DNA of 31,179 bases. Origin: a virus. Taxonomy: Duplodnaviria; Heunggongvirae; Uroviricota; Caudoviricetes. The notes beneath the pieces were generated by a model, which ran no database searches, was not told the origin of the DNA, and saw only the letters and a program-made list of their open reading frames with translations. The position numbers and the translations under genes are program-made. Each line of letters starts with the position of its first letter. The first letter of the stretch is position 1. Of this stretch, positions 26,749 to 31,179 are shown in pieces. Location of the stretch: the IMG/VR virus record IMGVR_UViG_2579779052_000007; one strand, given 5' to 3'.

Positions 26749-27162
26749 GCAAATTAGATGTATTGACTCAAACCAGAACTGACACACTCACAGCACAGTG
26801 CCAGACCCAATCTGGCAGCCCGCTTTGTGCCTAGAGCAGGTGTTGCTTATGTAACAGTTAATCCACGGATAGTGGTCATGAATGCTGGTTGAAGTTGTAT
26901 TGCCATGAGTGGTCAATTAGGGACTCACTTATTATCGCGTGCTCACCATTGATGGGTAAGATCATGCATTTCGGCTACTGTACTTCGCGAATCCTCCGCA
27001 CACAGGCAACACCTGATTTAAGAACAGAGGGAGATGATGACGCAAGGAAGATTTATTATCGTGCATGTGGCAGATGATCTTTTAGCTGCCGGAGTGATAA
27101 ATTACACCTATTTTCGATAAGTGTTTTTGTTATAGAACATTAATTTCGTGGGAAACAATAAA

Positions 27163-28287
27163 GTGAAATTAGGAAGAAATGATAAGTGCTGGTGTAATTC
27201 AGGACTTAAGTATAAAAAGTGCCATCTTGGTCGAGATCGTGAAACTCCGGTATCCAAAGCCGAGGCACTGAAATTTTCAAAGTCTCTCTCGCAGAGAAAG
27301 GCATGTTATGCGCCAGCATCCATGCACGAAGATTGTGATAAACGCATCGTTCAGGCGCATACGATATCTAAGAGCAGTAGCCTTAAGGCGATCGCCGACT
27401 CCAGCAATCACGTCATGGGGGTGATAATGAACTTAGCAAGCCTGATGAGAAACAACGGAAAATGGCTTCCCGAGAAGATCGGTATCAATCAGGCATCCAC
27501 TTTTACAGGATTTTGTGCAGTTCATGACAGAATCTTATTTTCATGCCTAGAGAACGAAAAATTTACAGGCACGGACGAGCAGTGCTTTGCCTTAATGTTT
27601 CGTTCATTGTCTAAAGAAATTTATGCCAAAGAAGGGGGAGTGCTATCTTCTGATTTTGCTAAAAATGCCGATAAAGGAAAGCTACAAGTTGAACAGTATT
27701 ATATTCAGAAATTAATCGACCAGCACCAAAGTGGCTTAAATGCAGCAATAATTGAATTAAATAATCTTAAAACTAGCCTCGACCGCATCCTACTTAGCAG
27801 GCAATTTTCAGAAATTGAAAGTGTTATCTTCACTTTTGCAGAGCCTTTACCAATTGTAGTTTCGTCAATTCTTTCACCGGAGAGGGATTTCGATGGGACC
27901 AAAATTCAGGATTTGAGCGATCTTACAGTGTCGGCGGAACAAGTATGTTTCAATGCTTTTTCCTGCGGAGGTAAGGGATATGTAGTGTTCAGTTGGCTGA
28001 GAACTTCAACAATTATCAGACGTTTTATACGGACACTAATTAAGATCCCAGCTAACAGGATGTTCAATACCCTTCTGTATTTTTTCTTCACAAAGGCCGA
28101 AAATACATATTCATCCCCTGAGTGGTGGGACAGGCTCAGTGATAAACAGCGAGAGAATATCGGCAACATGATTATGTCAGGGGTTGAATTTTTTGGCATA
28201 CCTACATCACAGGTTGATCATTCCGTTGATTATAACGCCGCTGCACTTGAAGAGATAACATGCAGCAACAACGAAATTTGCAGCTGA
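27163..28287 (+). CDS. SEC-C-motif protein of unknown function (AT-rich moron between D and ogr)
   Basis: N-terminal KLGRNDKCWCNSGLKYKKCH resembles the SecA C-terminal zinc motif; start must be a GTG (27163, or 27148 as in the track) because the first in-frame ATG lies after the motif. Confidence 0.5.
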   Translation: MKLGRNDKCWCNSGLKYKKCHLGRDRETPVSKAEALKFSKSLSQRKACYAPASMHEDCDKRIVQAHTISKSSSLKAIADSSNHVMGVIMNLASLMRNNGKWLPEKIGINQASTFTGFCAVHDRILFSCLENEKFTGTDEQCFALMFRSLSKEIYAKEGGVLSSDFAKNADKGKLQVEQYYIQKLIDQHQSGLNAAIIELNNLKTSLDRILLSRQFSEIESVIFTFAEPLPIVVSSILSPERDFDGTKIQDLSDLTVSAEQVCFNAFSCGGKGYVVFSWLRTSTIIRRFIRTLIKIPANRMFNTLLYFFFTKAENTYSSPEWWDRLSDKQRENIGNMIMSGVEFFGIPTSQVDHSVDYNAAALEEITCSNNEICS

Positions 28288-28576
28288 ATGTTTACATGCT
28301 GTTAGAAAAAGCGGGCTGAACAATCATTTCGGGATTGTAACAGATAAGATGGCACTGCCCGCTTGCTTCCCGATATGCACCTCAGCCAATAAACTTATGT
28401 AAGCAACCGATTTCCATTTATGCGGAGGTTATCAAAGTTGTTGGAGTTGCGAACTTCCGCTCTTCGCACAAAGCGTACCGCTAGGTTTGATTGTATTCTG
28501 GCTGCGCAAACTGTCAGTTGGAGTCTGAGCTATTACAACTTAGAATAGCGGCAGCACCACGTTAAGGGAGGTCGCT

Positions 28577-28837
28577 ATGTTCCGTTGTCCGCTTTGTGGC
28601 GCATCTGCCCGAATCCGCACCAGTCGTCCGGAAAACGATTCAAACACTGTGCGGCAAAAGTATTACCAGTGTAACAACCTGGAATGCGGCGTATGCTTCT
28701 CAACACTGGAAGCTTTCCATAAATTCACATCAAAACACGCCTCCGGCGTTCACTCTTCGGAAGGTATCCCGTGGCATGAGCTGCCAGCTTCACACAGGGG
28801 AAACAATCAGATGAGTTTGCCTTTACCTCAGAATTAA
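28577..28837 (+). CDS. ogr: Ogr/Delta-family zinc-finger late transcription activator
   Basis: MFRCPLCGASARIRTSR...YYQCNNLECG: four-Cys zinc finger and overall similarity to P2 Ogr; AAGGGAGG RBS. Confidence 0.8.
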   Translation: MFRCPLCGASARIRTSRPENDSNTVRQKYYQCNNLECGVCFSTLEAFHKFTSKHASGVHSSEGIPWHELPASHRGNNQMSLPLPQN

Positions 28838-29026
28838 CAGGCAGAATTGCCGGAGTAACAAAAAAACGATAGATTACCCGCGGGTGCCTTTCGGCTGATG
28901 GTCGGAGGAATACCCGAAGGCCGGATGTGGAAAGGCCCCGGAAAACATTTCTGTTTAACCGAGGCCCTAACATATCTACCTTAAGCAAGTGATAGGTTAG
29001 CGCCTCTCCAACAAAGGAGCAAGCGC

Positions 29027-29167
29027 TATGTCGCAAAAATCGCTTACAGCCATCACGTTCTGCGTGACGGTAATCCTCATCATCTGGATGCTACACGGTT
29101 CGCTGTGTGAAATACGGATGAGCTTCTGGGGAGCGGAGTTTGCGGCGTTCTTACAGTGTAAGCAGTA
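29027..29167 (+). CDS. Hok-family type I toxin (HokA-like); below the ORF-track size cutoff
   Basis: 46-aa translation MSQKSLTAITFCVTVILIIWMLHGSLCEIRMSFWGAEFAAFLQCKQ has a single transmembrane helix and the SLCE...AAFL signature; AGGAG RBS 8 nt upstream. Confidence 0.6.
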
Positions 29168-29256
29168 AGGAAACCGCGACGGGGGAGCAATCCCCCGTCA
29201 ATCGGTTGCTAAGGTTGGCTGAAGTGGCACCCTATCTCACAGACATGAACAACAAA

Positions 29257-29288
29257 CCCGCAGCGTAAGAACTGCGGGTTTTCTTTTT
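29257..29288 (+). terminator. Rho-independent terminator downstream of the hokA-like gene, possibly bidirectional
   Basis: CCCGCAG-loop-CTGCGGG hairpin followed by TTTTCTTTTT; an A-rich run precedes it. Confidence 0.5.
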
Positions 29289-29356
29289 GGAACAATCACT
29301 AGCTAGTGTACCGTTAACGGCACATAATGCTCGCACAACAAACCTGTTAAAAGAGA

Positions 29357-29638
29357 TTACTCAGCATTCTCCTGCTTCCATTGCCGGATCATTTCATCGG
29401 TAACATCACCCTCATAACATACCACGTCATACCCTCCATTACGGCTATATGCACTGCGTCCACCACATCTACTACCATTCCTTGCATGATTATAAGGACA
29501 CGCACAATTGCCTGGATAAGATTCAATGGATTCTTTAATTATTTCTTTTTTGATCTGAGCATCAGACTTTCCTGTTGCTGCATATCCACTAAAAGATACT
29601 AAACAAAGGCAGATTGCCATTAATAAACCACATCGCAT
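29357..29638 (-). CDS. Small Cys-containing protein with predicted signal peptide, hypothetical
   Basis: AT-rich ORF; from the internal ATG at 29638 the product begins MRCGLLMAICLCLVSFSGYAA (signal-peptide-like); weak RBS. Confidence 0.3.
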   Translation of the reverse strand: MRCGLLMAICLCLVSFSGYAATGKSDAQIKKEIIKESIESYPGNCACPYNHARNGSRCGGRSAYSRNGGYDVVCYEGDVTDEMIRQWKQENAE

Positions 29639-30110
29639 ACCGATACACTCTATTACTAACCAATCATAGCCCACATCATAAAATCGAGATGAGGAGTACA
29701 ATACCTTTAACAAGAAGGTGTCATAACGATAATATGTCGTGCAATTCATCAAAAAAAAGATCTATATCAAAGAGATAGAAGTCTTATCAGCGCTTCAGAC
29801 ATCGGCATTCGAGGCAGCAGAAAAACAGTAAATCTGACGAATTTGCCTTTTCCCAAGATGTTGTCAGATTAAAAAGATAGATTAGCGCAGGTACCTGTTG
29901 GTGGATTGCAGGAGGAAAAATGAAGTCGAGTGAAAAAATCCCAGAAAAATTTTTGTTTAACAGAGGTCCTGGTTCACTATGCGAAATACGGAGGAGCTGC
30001 AGAAGAATTCTGCTTCATCCTTAGAGTTTAAACAGCACGTGCACTACCATTGTTTCTGCATATCGCCACACCATCGCCACTCTACCGCCATTGCACAAAA
30101 TACAAATAAC

Positions 30111-30134
30111 AAAAAACCCCCCCGAAGGTGGTTT
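30111..30134 (-). terminator. Probable terminator of the glyW-cysT-leuZ tRNA operon
   Basis: On the minus strand a C/G hairpin (CCACCTTCGGGGGGG) is followed by a T-run, immediately downstream of the leuZ 3' end. Confidence 0.4.
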
Positions 30135-30177
30135 CACGACACTGCTTATTGCTTTGATTTTATTCTTATCTTTCCCA

Positions 30178-30264
30178 TGGTACCCGGAGCGGGACTTGAA
30201 CCCGCACAGCGCGAACGCCGAGGGATTTTAAATCCCTTGTGTCTACCGATTCCACCATCCGGGC
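30178..30264 (-). tRNA. leuZ: tRNA-Leu (anticodon UAA)
   Basis: 87-nt class II tRNA; reverse complement GCCCGGATGGTGGAATCGGTAGACACAAGGGATTTAAAATCCC...GGTACCA. Confidence 0.85.
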
Positions 30265-30276
30265 TCGGGAAGAAAG

Positions 30277-30350
30277 TGGAGGCGCGTTCCGGAGTCGAAC
30301 CGGACTAGACGGATTTGCAATCCGCTACATAACCGCTTTGTTAACGCGCC
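30277..30350 (-). tRNA. cysT: tRNA-Cys (anticodon GCA)
   Basis: 74 nt; reverse complement GGCGCGTTAACAAAGCGGTTATGTAGCGGATTGCAAATCCGTC...CTCCA. Confidence 0.85.
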
Positions 30351-30403
30351 AAATTCTTCAGGCCTTTCAGCCAGACATCCGCTGACGCCGATGCCTTTTA
30401 AAC

Positions 30404-30479
<76 letters not shown>

Positions 30480-30630
30480 ATTCATCAAGCAATCAGTTAA
30501 TCACTTGATTTTATTATCGTCTGGCAATCAGTGCCGCCGTTCGATGCGTTGCATTCTACTTACCTGGCGCGATGAGTCAACGATATTTTTCACCACTTTT
30601 GATCGTTTGCTGAAAATTGCGCCGAAACGA

Positions 30631-31179
30631 TCACTGATCAAGCAAATCTGCACGCGCAGCGCTCAAATATTGCAACATTGACCACAGAGTCAGTACCGCA
30701 GCCACAAAGAAAAGTGCAATACCGGCGTACTCAACCCAAATGTTCGGACGCCACAGCAGCCAGGCCAACGCCACCATCTGGGCAGTGGTTTTCACTTTCC
30801 CAATCCAGGAGACAGCCACGCTACTGCGTTTACCCAACTCCGCCATCCATTCGCGTAGCGCAGAAATAATAATTTCACGGGCGATCATCGTTGCCGCCGG
30901 TAAGGTCACCCACCAGCTGTGGTAATGCTCGGTTACCAGCACCATGGCGATAGCCACGAGAACTTTATCTGCTACAGGGTCAAGGAAAGCACCAAACCGG
31001 GTACTCTGGTTCCAGCGGCGTGCCAGAAAACCATCGAACCAGTCAGTCACCGCCGCGACGCAGAAAATGAGCGCGGCGGCAAACGGCGACCAGGTGACAG
31101 GCAGATAAAAGACCAATACAAAGAATGGGATAAGGATGACACGGAACAGTGTAAGCAACGTAGGGATATTAAATTGCAT
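30631..31179 (-). CDS. pgsA: CDP-diacylglycerol--glycerol-3-phosphate 3-phosphatidyltransferase
   Basis: 182-aa membrane protein with the CDP-alcohol phosphatidyltransferase motif (DGFLAR...G...D...AD); start codon at the window edge; pgsA-glyW-cysT-leuZ synteny as in E. coli. Confidence 0.9.

Noticed and set aside
29979-30308. 109-aa plus-strand ORF near leuZ and cysT
   Set aside because: It reads through the tRNA genes on the opposite strand and the hok-leader remnant; artefact.

Overview
This window reads as an Escherichia-type chromosomal region carrying a mosaic, probably defective prophage that ends at the leuZ-cysT-glyW tRNA operon and pgsA (30178-31179, minus strand). The left ~13 kb is lambdoid (Rac/Qin/Stx-phage-like): divergent repressor and Cro/YdaS-like genes with operator repeats, a YdaT-like gene, an O-like replication initiator with internal ori iterons, a DnaC-like loader, a nin-like region (QueH-like moron, Hok-family toxin, DUF968, RusA, Q-like antiterminator), an orphan DNA methyltransferase, an ileZ-argN-argO-type tRNA cluster, about 1 kb of non-coding sequence with two paralogous promoter/terminator units where Stx phages carry stxAB, and a nanS-p-type esterase. 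This is joined directly, with no lysis, terminase, portal or capsid genes, to a P2-like tail module (R, S, V, W, J, I, H, G on plus; FI, FII, E/E', T, U inverted on minus; D and ogr on plus) carrying AT-rich morons: a hexapeptide-repeat acetyltransferase between G and U and a SEC-C-motif protein between D and ogr. A second, unannotated Hok-family toxin ORF and a small Cys-containing signal-peptide protein lie between ogr and leuZ. No integrase, stx genes or CRISPR array were seen. All family assignments come from reading the translations by eye and from remembered motifs and synteny; no database search was run.
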